Shown: piece by piece, positions 36,101 through 48,100 of the stretch | Layout of the letters: the number at the start of each line of letters is the position of its first letter | Numbering within the stretch: the stretch's first letter is position 1 | Source of the DNA: Raillietiella orientalis | Lineage: Eukaryota | DNA: 64,000 nucleotides | Direction: 5' to 3' | Assembly (NCBI GenBank): GCA_036172245.1 | Contig: JAYWIR010000013.1 | Location: 1,984,001 to 2,048,000, forward strand | Notes under the pieces: model-generated | What the model saw: only the letters and a program-made list of their open reading frames with translations | Told to the model about the DNA's origin: nothing | Database searches by the model: none | Made by a program: the position numbers and the translations under genes

Positions 36101-39100
36101 CCGAGCGCCAACCCGCACAGCCGCCGCCGCACCTCTCCCGCCGGCGAGCAGGCTCGCTCGCCTCCACTCCCCGCCTCCGCATCCTCCTTTCCGCACTCTT
36201 CGCCATCCGCCGTCAGTTCTCCTCCTCTTCCCTCACCTTTTGGATGCTGCTGGAGTTACCAGACTGCTTGCACGATTTTCGAATGTGCTGTTGTCTCCGC
36301 TGCCGCTGCCGCTGCTCGCATCTGGCGCCGGGGTCGGAGCTCAAGGGCTGACTTTGGTCTTCCTCCAGCACCGGGTTTGCTGGCAGTATGTCCACGAGGA
36401 GAACCGCCTCCTGGGCCACATGATCCTCAAGAAGAACATCGCCGAGGAGCCCACACTGTCGTGCAACATCGCCATCCTCGGCCTCAAGGTCATCGGGGGT
36501 ATCGAGTTCGAGGACGGCAAGATCGGCGCCCTCATCGAGAAAGTGAAGAAGGGCTCCATCGCCGACATCATCGGGCAGCTGAAACCAGGTAACCCTCCGC
36601 TCTGCTGAGCTCCCCCCCTCTGGAAGGAAGGGGAAGTGGAGGCGGAGGAGGAGGGTCGCTCGTCCCCTCCTCCTCCCCTCGCGCCTGCCCGGCCAGCGTT
36701 TTCACTCCCCTCATGAATGGCTCTTCCGCACCATCAGCCACTGCCGCGCAAGCAGCGCTGCCTCCGGTCTGGTTCCGCCTCCTCAAAGCGCTGACTCATC
36801 CTCTTCAGTCACACATCTCTATCGCTCTGCCTCTTCCTTCCCGGAAGAGGGGCAGCCACTCAGTGCCGACCGAGGAGCTCTCCCACCTGGGTCGGTGCTG
36901 CGCGAGCAGGGTGGTCACCGTCGGGAGGAGAGTAGAGGAGCACGAGGTCGCCGGCGCTCGGTCCAGACTCAGCAGACCCGGAGTCGGAAAGCAGGATGGT
37001 CGTGGCCCTGCGCGAAGCGACCTCACTTCCCGTTCCTCTCTTCGATGAACTTCCCTGCCCCCTCGACGACGCCTTGGAGGGCGGAATCTCTGGCGACCCC
37101 TTTTCTCCCCCTCTTTCCGGAGGTGGCAGCTCGGAGGATCGTCAGGTTCCCACGATTGTGGGGTGCGAGAATCCAGCGCCTCCCGTCGCCGCAGGCGGGC
37201 GGGGAGGATTGTCATCGCTTGACCTCAGGGATCCGCAGGGCAGGGCGAGAGCAGCCACCTCCTGGGTTGGCAGCATTCTGCCGTCCTCCAGGAGGGAGCG
37301 GGAGGGCCGTGGGGGGGAAGGAAGAAGGCGCGATTTCGTTTCCACGGCGACTTGCCGCAGCAACGCTCATGCGGGATCTTCCGTCAGTTCGCGCCCGGGC
37401 AGGCGGAAAGGGGAGGGTCTGAGTCGGCTCCAGGGTGCGTTCCCGGCCCTGCCTGGTTTGGGAGAGGCACATCCTCTCCCGGGATGCTCGTCCATCCCAG
37501 GAGAAGAGGGCGTGGGTGTGTGGCGGGGGCGTGCATTTCCGAGGTCGCCAGCAGCCGGCCTCGGTCTGCTGCTCTCATGAGGAGGTGAAAGGGAGAGACG
37601 GGAGACGCCCTCGCCCCCTCCTTTCCTGGCAGAGGTGACGCCCGTTTCCGGGAATCGAAAACCGAGAAGGAGAAGGCAGATAGGGGTATGTGCGTCACTC
37701 AAGCCGCATCGGCGGTTTCCTTGGCTATGCCCCTTCTCGGGAGGAGCTCGCACCTCCTTCCCCGCTTCCTCTTCTCGGATGATCCCTCCGACGGGAGTCG
37801 ACGGCGTCAACACCTCTCGAAGGAGCAAGACGCACGGAGAAAGCTCCTCCTCTTCTTTTCATGGCCATGGAAACTTGTTCCGGCTTGGAGCGGCAGGGGA
37901 GAGGAGAGACCCGGGCTCTGCTCCCTCCGTCGGACCGCTTCCATGGAGTCGCCACGGCCTTCTCCCTTTCGCCCTCCCGGGCCCCCCACGGAGGCAGCTT
38001 GGAGGTGGGGCAGGGTCCCTAGTCACTGCCGGTCTCTGCGGATGCTTCGTTGTTGTGGGATCACCCCCTTTCTTCTCCTTGCCTCCCGCACGCAGGTGAC
38101 GAGGTCATCGAGTGGAACGGTCAGTGCCTGCAGGGGAAATCCTTCGAGGAGGTCTGCCGCATCGTCGCCGAGTCCAGGGACGAGGCGCAGGTGGAGCTCG
38201 TGGTCTCACGGAGCTTCCCGAAGCCGGAAAGGGTGCCATCGACGGCGACTGCGCCTCACAAGCCGAGTAAGGAGAGGGAACGAGGCCAGGGCGGGGTGGA
38301 GCCGCATCCCATCCCTCGTCTCTGCCAGCGGTCCTTGCGTTCCAGGATTCCTGCAGGACGTCTTCCAGCGGCGGCGACAGCAGGCTTCCTCCCGGCGGGA
38401 CGAGCTCTGCCTCCGGCGGTCCCCACAAGGAGCCGAAGGGCAGGCAGCACGGCGCGGCCGTCAGGGGACGCATCTTGGTGAGCTGACAAAGCGCACCCTG
38501 CCGGTTTTCCGATCCCAAGGGGTCCTCCCCGGAGGAGCATCGATCCGGCCGCGCGAACAGCCTGCGTGCCCGGACGAAGAGGGTCCGCTCGCCCCGATCA
38601 TGGAAGGGTCGTCGGCAACCATTGGCCCTTTGACATCCTGCGTTCGGAAAAACATCGCATTCTTTTGCTCCTCCCCTCCCCCCCCCCCTTTTTTTGGCTT
38701 TCGCCTCAGCGGAAAGGCAATGCTGCGGTTCCCAGATGTGGCGACCGAGTGGCGACTGTTCTTCGAGGAGTACGGCTCGAGGTGCCAGCGCTGGTCCACC
38801 GATTTCCAGAAGGGAATTCGCCATCCTCTGTTTTCTCTGGGAGCGGGGAACCCCGAGTCGTGACGATGGACTCCTGGCCGAGCGAGAACGCCGACCGCGC
38901 GGTAGGCGGCTGCTGAGCTACGATGAAGTCGGCTCTCCGGTCGGGCGCATCGATGAGTGCAGAGAGCTGCCGTGCTCTTCCAGCACCCTTTCGGTCTTCC
39001 GTTCGCGAGCGATGGGGAGGGTGACCGGTGCCCGTAGCGACCCCTCCCGTTTCGTCGAGCTGCTTACCTACTACAGAACGCGCAAAAGGCGAACGTGAAC

Positions 39101-42100
39101 GCAGCATCGTAGCGAAGGAACACCGTCTGTGGCGCACCGCTCTTGTTTTCTGTGGAGTAAGTCATCCCGCGCGCCGAGCAACTTGCCTCCGCGTTGCCTA
39201 GAAACGTGATTCCACTCGTGAACGTCTCCTTCAAAGCGCTGGGTCTTTCCAGGTCATCATGCTGCTCTTCCTCTTCCTCCTTTTCCCCTTCTGGGTCGAC
39301 TTCTCGGATTGTCATGGTTTCGGGACCTGCCCTCCGGACTCCCATGACTCCCGTCCTCTTTCCTCAGCCTCCCTCGCGAGTGGTCCCCGATGGCTTGCCG
39401 GACTTTTCCCCGATCTCACGGGAAAGATCACCCGCGCTGCTCCGCCGCAACATTTTCCCTGCATCGGACATCTCCCCGCTCCCGATTTCCTCCTTTTTCC
39501 TTCCGGGATGAGCAACGTCATCTTCAGCTCCTTCGGATGCAGCCGCGTCCTCAGGAGATTCTCATTTCGTCCTTCTGCTCTTCCGCATGCAGCTTCGATC
39601 CCTGCACTCCTCTTCAGTCCCCTCCCGCAGTCGAGGGAAGGCGCACCTTCCTCCGGTAACTTGCGAATCGGGAGGGAGAAAGGAGCCGGGAAAGAGAGTC
39701 GATCGCGTAGCCACGCTCCCTGATGCCAGAATTGTTCCGGTCCGCTCGGGTGTCCTTTCTCTCTCCCTATCTCCTGCAGATCGCCGTCTTCCACCCGGGA
39801 GGGCAGACGAAATGCACCGCACTGCTTCAGAAGACCTCTGTGAAAGTGAAAGCAACTCGCGCGCAGAGGACGGGACTCTCTTGGGGGATCGGCAGGGAGA
39901 CTGCCGCGCTGCTGATCCATAGCTGTCCTCCCCTGCCTCCATTCTGTTCTACTCCTCGCTTCCTCCCAGACCGACCTTTCAGTTTTTCCCTTCTCCGAAA
40001 GGAAGGTGCGGTCTTCCTTGGCTTCCGGATCGCTAGATCCGGGAGTGCTGCTTGCGCGAGGAAGGCCTGTGGCGCAGCGGCCCGTCCTCAGCGCGATCCG
40101 GGATCAGTTCCGAGGCCCATCTTCGGTGCTGTCCGTGCCGGCCGAACGGGGACGGTTTTCGTTCCCTGATCCATCGCGGCGGCGCCCCTTTCCTCTCAGA
40201 TGGCTCTTTCCTCTCCTCCTCCGCCCGAACCTCGGAACCCGGCAGCAGAATCGACTCCTCGACCGACTAGACTCCCCGATCGGGAGCCGCGCTCCTCGTG
40301 AGAGGTCCGTGCATTCCTGGCTTCCTGCCGGCCTCCTCGGTGGCGATGGCTGACCTGCTTGCGTCTCCTGCAGAGCAGCGCCGAGGTGAGGCGCACGTCG
40401 GGAGGTTAATTACCCTGGTGCGCCGGGACGTTTATTTTCTAATGAATAAACATACAAAGCTTTACTTATCTTGGGTGTGTCCTTTACTCAACGCGTGTAG
40501 TCTCAGCAGGACCAGAGGGAGGGGAGTAGTGGGGGGCAGGGGGTAGGGAAGTTGAGAGTGAGGGGGAGGGAAATATTTGGCTCGTCGGGAGGTAGAGGGT
40601 CACGACGACTCCTGGCCGCCACCGAGCGAGAGCGCCGACCGCGCGGTAGGAGGCCTGCTGAGCCGTAGTCCATAACGATCGGCCTCGACGTGGTGGCACG
40701 AGGGGCCGGGGCATCCTCCCCTCCCCCTTCCCTCGCGTGCAATCAGAAAGGAATTCGGCAAAGGGCCCGGTGGGTGTCTCGCCGCTTCCCTCGCAGTCTC
40801 CGGCAAGCCCCAGGCACCTCACTCTTCAGTGGTTCCCCCTTGAACGAAGCCGGTGGGCACCTGGAGGCCAGGTTGCCATGATTACCTGCGGTGGCATCCA
40901 GGATTCCACAGCACACTCGTCGTTCACGCTCGATCCGAATTAATTAACTACTCATCATTTAATTAAATCTTACAGCTGGCGCTATATGCTACCACCGTGA
41001 CACGCTCTGTTTTCCACTTGAAACGATAACGGAGTGACGATTAACATACGCTTGGAATAGTAATAAATGCACAACGTCATGTAATAAGGTGCGTTTTGAA
41101 AGACGAAAGAAAAAAAAAATGGAATCCATCAGAAGCATTGAAAAGTAAATGAAGAGGGTGAGGCAATTTATTTAGTGTATCGCCTTGACACCGCACGCAC
41201 GTAATGCTATTATGTACTCTGAGAGGAGTCGTGAAATTCATTGGAAGCTCCATCTCACCGGAAACTCTTGCGTTGGTTTCCGACCTGAAAGTCAGCGATC
41301 GATGGTGATCTGTGCCACCCTTCCTTCTCCTCCTCCTCCTCCCTCGTTTCCGGTGACCTGCCTGTCCCTTGTGCTCCCGGGAAAACACACGTCCCTTGGC
41401 TCCCGAAGCTGCGAGATGCATCGCATGCATTTTTAATCATGGCGCGATGCGCCACGGCTTGCGGTGCGGACCGTTGGCTGCATCTTGTCTGGCGACAGCT
41501 CTTCTGCAAGCTCGTCTCATCCTCCCCTGGAAACGGAGTCGCGCGTCCCTTGATCCAAGTGGGAACCAAACTGTAGCAAAGAAAAAAAAAAGCAGCGATC
41601 CCCCTCTTGGCAACCGAAGAACATTTTATCACCGCACGGGCTGGTCCATCACGCTTGAAGCCGTTTAGCCGATCGATCAACCAGAACGGACACACAACAC
41701 GCGCGCGCGCGAGGGCGTTTCCGTCGTGGCCGCTGTTCGTGAAGGGGGAGAATGCATCTACGTGAGATTGAGATGAGAAAGACATCCTTCTGGACACTCC
41801 TCAATGATTATTGGACGCTGGAGATTACTTTGTTCTCAGTGCACATCGTCTTTTGTTGTTGGTTATTTCGTCGGACGCTGGACGCCTCCTCCTCGTGGGA
41901 ATCGTTGCCCAACCCATGCTTGTGCCCCCCGGGCCGCGTGGCGCTGAAACTTGCAGACTGTTTCTTGTTCTTGTTTCTCTCCGGAGGAGAAACAAGTCGG
42001 CCATCTCCCATTCAAATTAAGGGCAGGTGCCGCCACCGCCTCTTCCCGAAGCCATCTTCCTGAAATGGTACTGGGTGTTGTTCCCTCCGTGCATTCGTTG

Positions 42101-45100
42101 CCAGCAGGCGTCGAAACCATCGCGTCGGTGTCAGCCCGGAAGAAAACAGGACGAAGCGCGGACGAAAATCGCTGCCTGGACTTTCCCCGTCCTCTGGTTA
42201 GGGGTTCAATTGGCTACCATCAGGGCAACAAGCACAACGGGCGTCTTCGGAAAGTTCCGTTTCCTGCTGCCACCAAGACGGATGGAAGCTTACGCAAAGA
42301 GAACTCCATCCAGGACAAACCGACTGCAGTCTGTGGAACGGCGAAGACGTCACGTTCCTTACACGCAGTGGATGCTCTTCCTCCCTTCATCAGTTACAGC
42401 TCGTTTCTCGCACCCTGAGCACGAACCTGCGCTGCTCTGCTCCCCTTTGCTGTGAATCGGGCTCGTGGTCGTATGGTCGAAAGAGGGGCGACGTGGGAGT
42501 TGCGGCGACCACCGCCTCACGCCTTGCTTGCTGGACCGCTCTGTGCGCCTCCGGGGATGACTCGCAGGCAGAGCGCTGATCTTACCAGACGTTCCCGGGA
42601 CCGAAGTTACCGCTTCCTCTTCAAAGAGCAACAAACAAGCTTATTCGAACTCTCCAGAATCCGATCATTCGGCTCCTCATTTTCGAATTAGAAGCAGTGC
42701 CGATGCATGGGGAGGATAAGGATCAATAGGGATTAAAAAGGTGCTAAATAGGGGAAGAGCAAGGGGATTCCTGTGCTTTGGACGAACCGCTCTTGTGCAC
42801 GGGGCGGAAGTGATGTCGACGTGAGCCTTGTTTCTGGTTCCAGAGTGTTCATCAGTTCGTGGATGCAGGGATGAAGGCGCTAAAGAAGGCTGGGGAAGGG
42901 AAAGCAAGGCTGAAGGCGAAACCGGGATGGATGGGGAGCTGAGAGTGTAGGGTCCCGTTAGCAGGCGTGTCTTTGATGAGATGATGTGGTCGTTGGCATG
43001 CACAGGGGTATCCCTACCGAAGAAGTCCTTTGAGCTGCGTACCTTACGCTGGAGTTGCGACTGGAACATCGGATGCACTTTTTGTTTTTCCCCCAAGGAA
43101 AAGCTCCACTCGACCGAAAGTGTTTTTTTTTTTTTGGTAGAAAGCGGCGGCAAAATTCAAGCTCGAAGCTGTGGCCAGCGAAACGGAGCAGGGAGAGCGG
43201 GAACCGCTTCCTTACGACTTCGGACTATTTGATTGGTGTGCACGGACCTACTTTTTAATAGTTCAGTCCGATTGTATTCTGATGAATGCGAGCAGCCACT
43301 TGACGAGGGGACCGGCGACGAATCGGTGGTGTGGTGTGCTGACGTCGTACCCTTGGGCATGGATGGGGTCACCGCTCACCAAAAAGTCTTGGAGGAATCC
43401 GAGCTGAGTCCGTCCAAGAGTCGCGGACTTGAAATCGCACCTGATCTTCGCGCCGTGAGTGATTCCATCCCCCTCCCCCCCCAAAGTCCTGCCCCCTCCC
43501 GTCGCAAATTAGCAACAATTAATACGCGAGCCCAACAGTGAGTGGGGACTTCCGCGGTTGATGCAGATGCCTGTGCGCGCCTGCTGCTGCGTATTCACCC
43601 TTAGCCTTTCGGATGTATCTTGATGAATATTTTATCGTTCCAAGTCCTCCGCCCTCTTCAGGGAGCATCGCAGGAAGCTGTCTCCGGAACGACTTCTTTC
43701 GTTAACTGCGTCACGTCGTTATTTGCTGGCAACTTTTTTTTTTTTTTTTTTTTTACCCCCGGAATAATCTCATTTGCAGCATCACAGGTCTGATTGGGAA
43801 GTGTTGCAAATTGGTTTCAAAAGGCACGAAATTGTTTTTCGACGAAAAGTCCGATTCTCCAGGGAGAGCCAGCAAACTACTCGAACACCAAAACACCTGA
43901 CAGCTGAGGAGAACAACCCGGGCAAAAAAGATGTGCGGCTTACTGCGTGGGGCGAACAACAACAACACCCAGCACTTCCCGCGTCCTGCTGGTGAAACAC
44001 CGGAAACGCTGAGCGTTTCCGGCGGATGCTGGAACGACGACGGGAAGAGCACGGGAGGGTTCTTCTTCTGTCCCACTGCCTCGTGGGGACACTTTTTAGT
44101 TCAACCCCGTCCCTTATCACACACGTGGGATCCAACGTATCGGAACGACTTACAAGCACTTCCTTCAATGCCACGGATCCTCAAGTATCAATTCCGAACC
44201 GCCCGAGCTCGGTGTCACGGCTGCGTCGATGGTGTTTGATACACCTCCGTCCTCCCATTTCTTATATCCATCTTCCCTGTTCAGTTTCGCCCTGCCTCTG
44301 GAATCGCTGGTGCCTCACAACGATACGAAGGATAGTGTAACACAATATACAGTTTACGGTGATGGCACGTTCCACGCGATCCTTGTCGCACGCCTCTTTT
44401 CCGGGAGGGACGCGGAAAAAGCCACGAAGGTGTAAGGTCGGAGTAACGGCTGATGGGGGTGGAAGGGGAAAGAGGAAGGGTCACCGGATTCCCGTCGCCT
44501 GCCTTTCTTCCTGCAATCCTCTAGCGGCGCGCTCTTTGATTTCGGGACGGGGACGCGGCCATATCGCCTTCCTCCTCTTCCTCGTCTCTCTCGCCACTCT
44601 ATCGGGGTGCACGGAAGTGCCCGCCGCTCTGCCCCCCAACCATCCCCCAAACTGCCGGCGCGAGCCAAGGTGAACGGCAGTTGGTGTAATTCGATCCGAG
44701 CCCTCCAAGGAAAATCGTACGCAAAGTTTCGGGCACTTGGGAAAGGGAACAACAGGAAGGATGGCAGTGGGGGGTAACCGAGATGCAATTGCAGGTCCAG
44801 ACTGCCTACGACGTTTATAATCAGCAGCTCATTGTGACCATTGTGGAAGCAGCGGATTTACCTCCCCGACCGAATGGACAAGCCAGGAACCCATACGCAA
44901 AGCTTTTCCTGTTGCCTGACAGAAGGTAAACGCTGCCTCTTCTCTTTTCTTCTCCGTTCCGTTCCCCTTCAACGACCGATTTGTATCCTTGTGTGGGAAA
45001 TCCTATACTTTCTTTGTTCCCTGTAAATAGTTCTTAACTCCAGAATAATGAGGGATTGTTCCAGCGAAAAATCCAAACGGCGCACAAAAACATTAGCTTC

Positions 45101-48100
45101 GACAAACTGCCCCAGATGGAGACAGAAATTTGTATATTCATCTCTCAGAAAAGCAGAAATGAATTCACGGAAGCTTGAAATCACCGTGTGGGATTACGAC
45201 CGCCTGGAGACAAACGATTTTTTAGGAGAAGTAAGCTCCCAGTTTCGGTTTTGCATATCCCGAGCTTTAAGGCAGATGGCTCAAGATTCCCGCGCCTTTA
45301 GCTGCTCGCATTTCTGAAATCGTTCCCGTTTCCACCGGTTTATAATATTTCCCGGAGGAACGCTGCGATTGAATTCATCGAATGGTCGAACCGCACGCAC
45401 CTTCTCGCAGCTCACGGATTAAAAGGGGGTGAGGGGAAATGCGCAAGCACGCGGCCGTTTCACGTGTTTGTGCAGATCCGTGTACAAGACGGCGTGATTG
45501 TACACTCAAATAATGGCAGAGTCGAACGTGTGGTCCATCCTGGACGAGTGGTTCTTCCCGGCGCACCTTCCACGCGGCCCACCCTGCGGACGGCTGCCGA
45601 CGTCCGCGAAGCGGTCGCTGATCGATGCCGCCCGCCCCCCGTCTTCTGCTACAGCACACAAGTGTTTGTGTGTGTGTGTGTGTGTGTGTGTGCCAAGAGT
45701 TTACAAGAAAACGGGTTGTGCGTGCCACAAAGTGAGTCTTGGAAGTGATAATTCTGTTATTGCCGCCGCTCTTACCTAATGTGAATCTATCAAAACCGTA
45801 GTGCCAGCTGATACGGCCGCGACTGCTCGTTTGGAAAAAAGGTCGATCCACACCAAATTCACAGCGTGATTTCGCCTGAACTCCTTGAGATTATTTTCGA
45901 TTGATGAAATGACAGGGAGATTCCTGGGAATGAAAATTTATCGCGGGCTGCATTTTTTTTTTTTTTGCAATACATTTCGGAATCCTGGCAACTCTGAATT
46001 TCCAAACATGCTTGCTTAAAAAGGTCCGTGCGAAGGGAGATCGATGCGCTGAAATTCCGCTCCAAACAAGGGTTAGTAAGCAGTCCCTCGATCGGATTCA
46101 TCTTCAACGACTGCTTTAAATTATTTCACAAGCATTAAGTTATTATTATTTAATCATCAGGTCCAGATCATCTGTAAAAAGCAGAAAATAAGATGATTGA
46201 TTTTCTAAATAACCTTATTTCGCAGCATGATGTTGGTATCACTGCTTGCTCTTGTTAATGAAGCAAGCGGTGCCTGTAGTAAGAATATGGATAGCAGCCG
46301 GTGATGGAAGAGATAACGTGGAAGTAGATAGAATATGCAATCTCGTCTTGTTTGTGGTCCTCTGCCACTTTATCCTGCATTGACGTCTCAGCTCGTTTCT
46401 CTGTCAGTCTTTCATTATGTTTTTAAACCTTGTTTTCAGTGTATTATAGGATAGAGAATAGATCCGGATTTAAAAGGATAACAGGATTATAATCGGACAT
46501 CTTCATGATAGATTTTTCAGAGGATCTCGTTTTGTGTGTGGGTCGCAACATGGGCACGTTTTCTGTGATCGTGCACCGGCACGATCGCTTCGCAAATTCA
46601 CATCTGAATTTTGACAGTCAGCGAACGAGCTGTGATGCGTTGGTGGGCTTTCGATCTGCAACGTTTCCAGACGCGAAAAATAAGATGTACCGCTGCCAAG
46701 GAAATGTGCGCGCGGTTTCCACGCGCGCAACGAAGAAGGCAAGAACTACAAAGTGTCAGTCAGGTCCGCAGTGGCAAAACCCGGGGGACTTCCTTCCTGA
46801 TGCCTGGAACAAGAAGAGCGCGTTCTTTTCCGCTCCGTGAGGCGAAGGGCAGGAGGGATGCTTCGCTCCCTTTCTAAGAGAACATAGGATGGTGGTGATT
46901 CAAGGTTTTCGAAAGTTTCACTGCTGCTGCCGCCCTCCCGGAGCAAGATAACAAGGCGGCCCATTCAAGGATCAGCTCACGTGAGCGAGGGAGTGGATGA
47001 GCGATGGTGCTACGATCCTAAGAACGGTTTGTCTGTTCTGCTTGTGGGAACACCTGCAGGAAGCACAGACTGATTGCACCATCGACCTTCGACGCAGGAG
47101 AGGAAATCGCGGCCGCCAAGAGATTCGGATGATGATTCGTCATTTCATCCTAGTGAATCTTCAGCAGTTGAGCGATCCAGGAAGGATGAAGCGGCAATAT
47201 AACGTCGTCAATAAACCTATAACTCTTCATTTGCGAAGCTCCCACTCCAAACCCGACGATCAAAGATCGAAAGGGAAGCTCTTGAGGAAGCTCATCCTCA
47301 GGATGCTTTGCACGGATGCTTGCTGTGCCGTCCTTAGAGGGGTCTGTGAGGGCGGCGACCTGAAATCCTATTGTTCAGAGACCCGGAGGATCGGGAGTTG
47401 CTCAGCTCCCAATTCTTCGGGTTCGGAAAAGCATGGACGCTTCCCTGCCGGCAAATAGCGCGGGACGCAAAAAATAAAATAAAATAAAAAAATGAAGAGA
47501 TGAAATTTGAATGCCAAGCAACGAAGGAAGCACCTTCGAAGTATCCCCCCCCCCCCATCCACGAAGCCGGCGGAGGCGTCAAGTGCTTCGTATGAGACGA
47601 GGAATCAGTGGTTCTGTTTTTCATCTTTCTAAGCGAAAGCCCGAGTCCCGAAGGATCGCACCGGAGGAGGCGCTGGAGCAGCAGCCGAAGCATCAGCAGC
47701 TGGGAGGCAGAAGGAACTTCGAGCGGTGGCACCACGACACTTCCGGCAGGGTGGAAAAGGCGAGGCGGACTTCAGCAAATCACTGGTCGGTGCCAGCGCA
47801 CCTACCGTCAGGAAACAGAGTAATGGTGGACACGCTGCTCTCAAAGCGGTGACGCGGGCGCCCTCGAGGTCATCGGAAAACGGCCTTGGGGAACAGTGCG
47901 GAGAGACTTTCCCGGATCAGCGGCAGGAAAAGGGGTGTGCGTTCTCAAAAAAAGGACTTGCAAGCTCTGAAGGGAACGAATTTTCAGAGGGTGAGTGATG
48001 CACCCTACGGAACCGCTCGTGTCAAATTATTTCAGCAGTGGGTCCTCAGTTGGCTGCGGAAGGGTGCCCGCAGGCGTTGCTCTTTTTTTTTTTTTTTTGG

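Noticed and set aside
43262..43537. Exon-like ORF (..PQSPAPSRRKLA..) bounded by AG and GTGAGT in the RIM intron
   Set aside because: Phase 2-2 cannot fit the phase-0 intron, and there is no recognisable RIM homology. An alternative-promoter use cannot be excluded.
45476..45660. Candidate final C2A exon immediately after 45230
   Set aside because: Translation lacks the expected xxIxL..DExxWYxL, which is found at 49953-50033.
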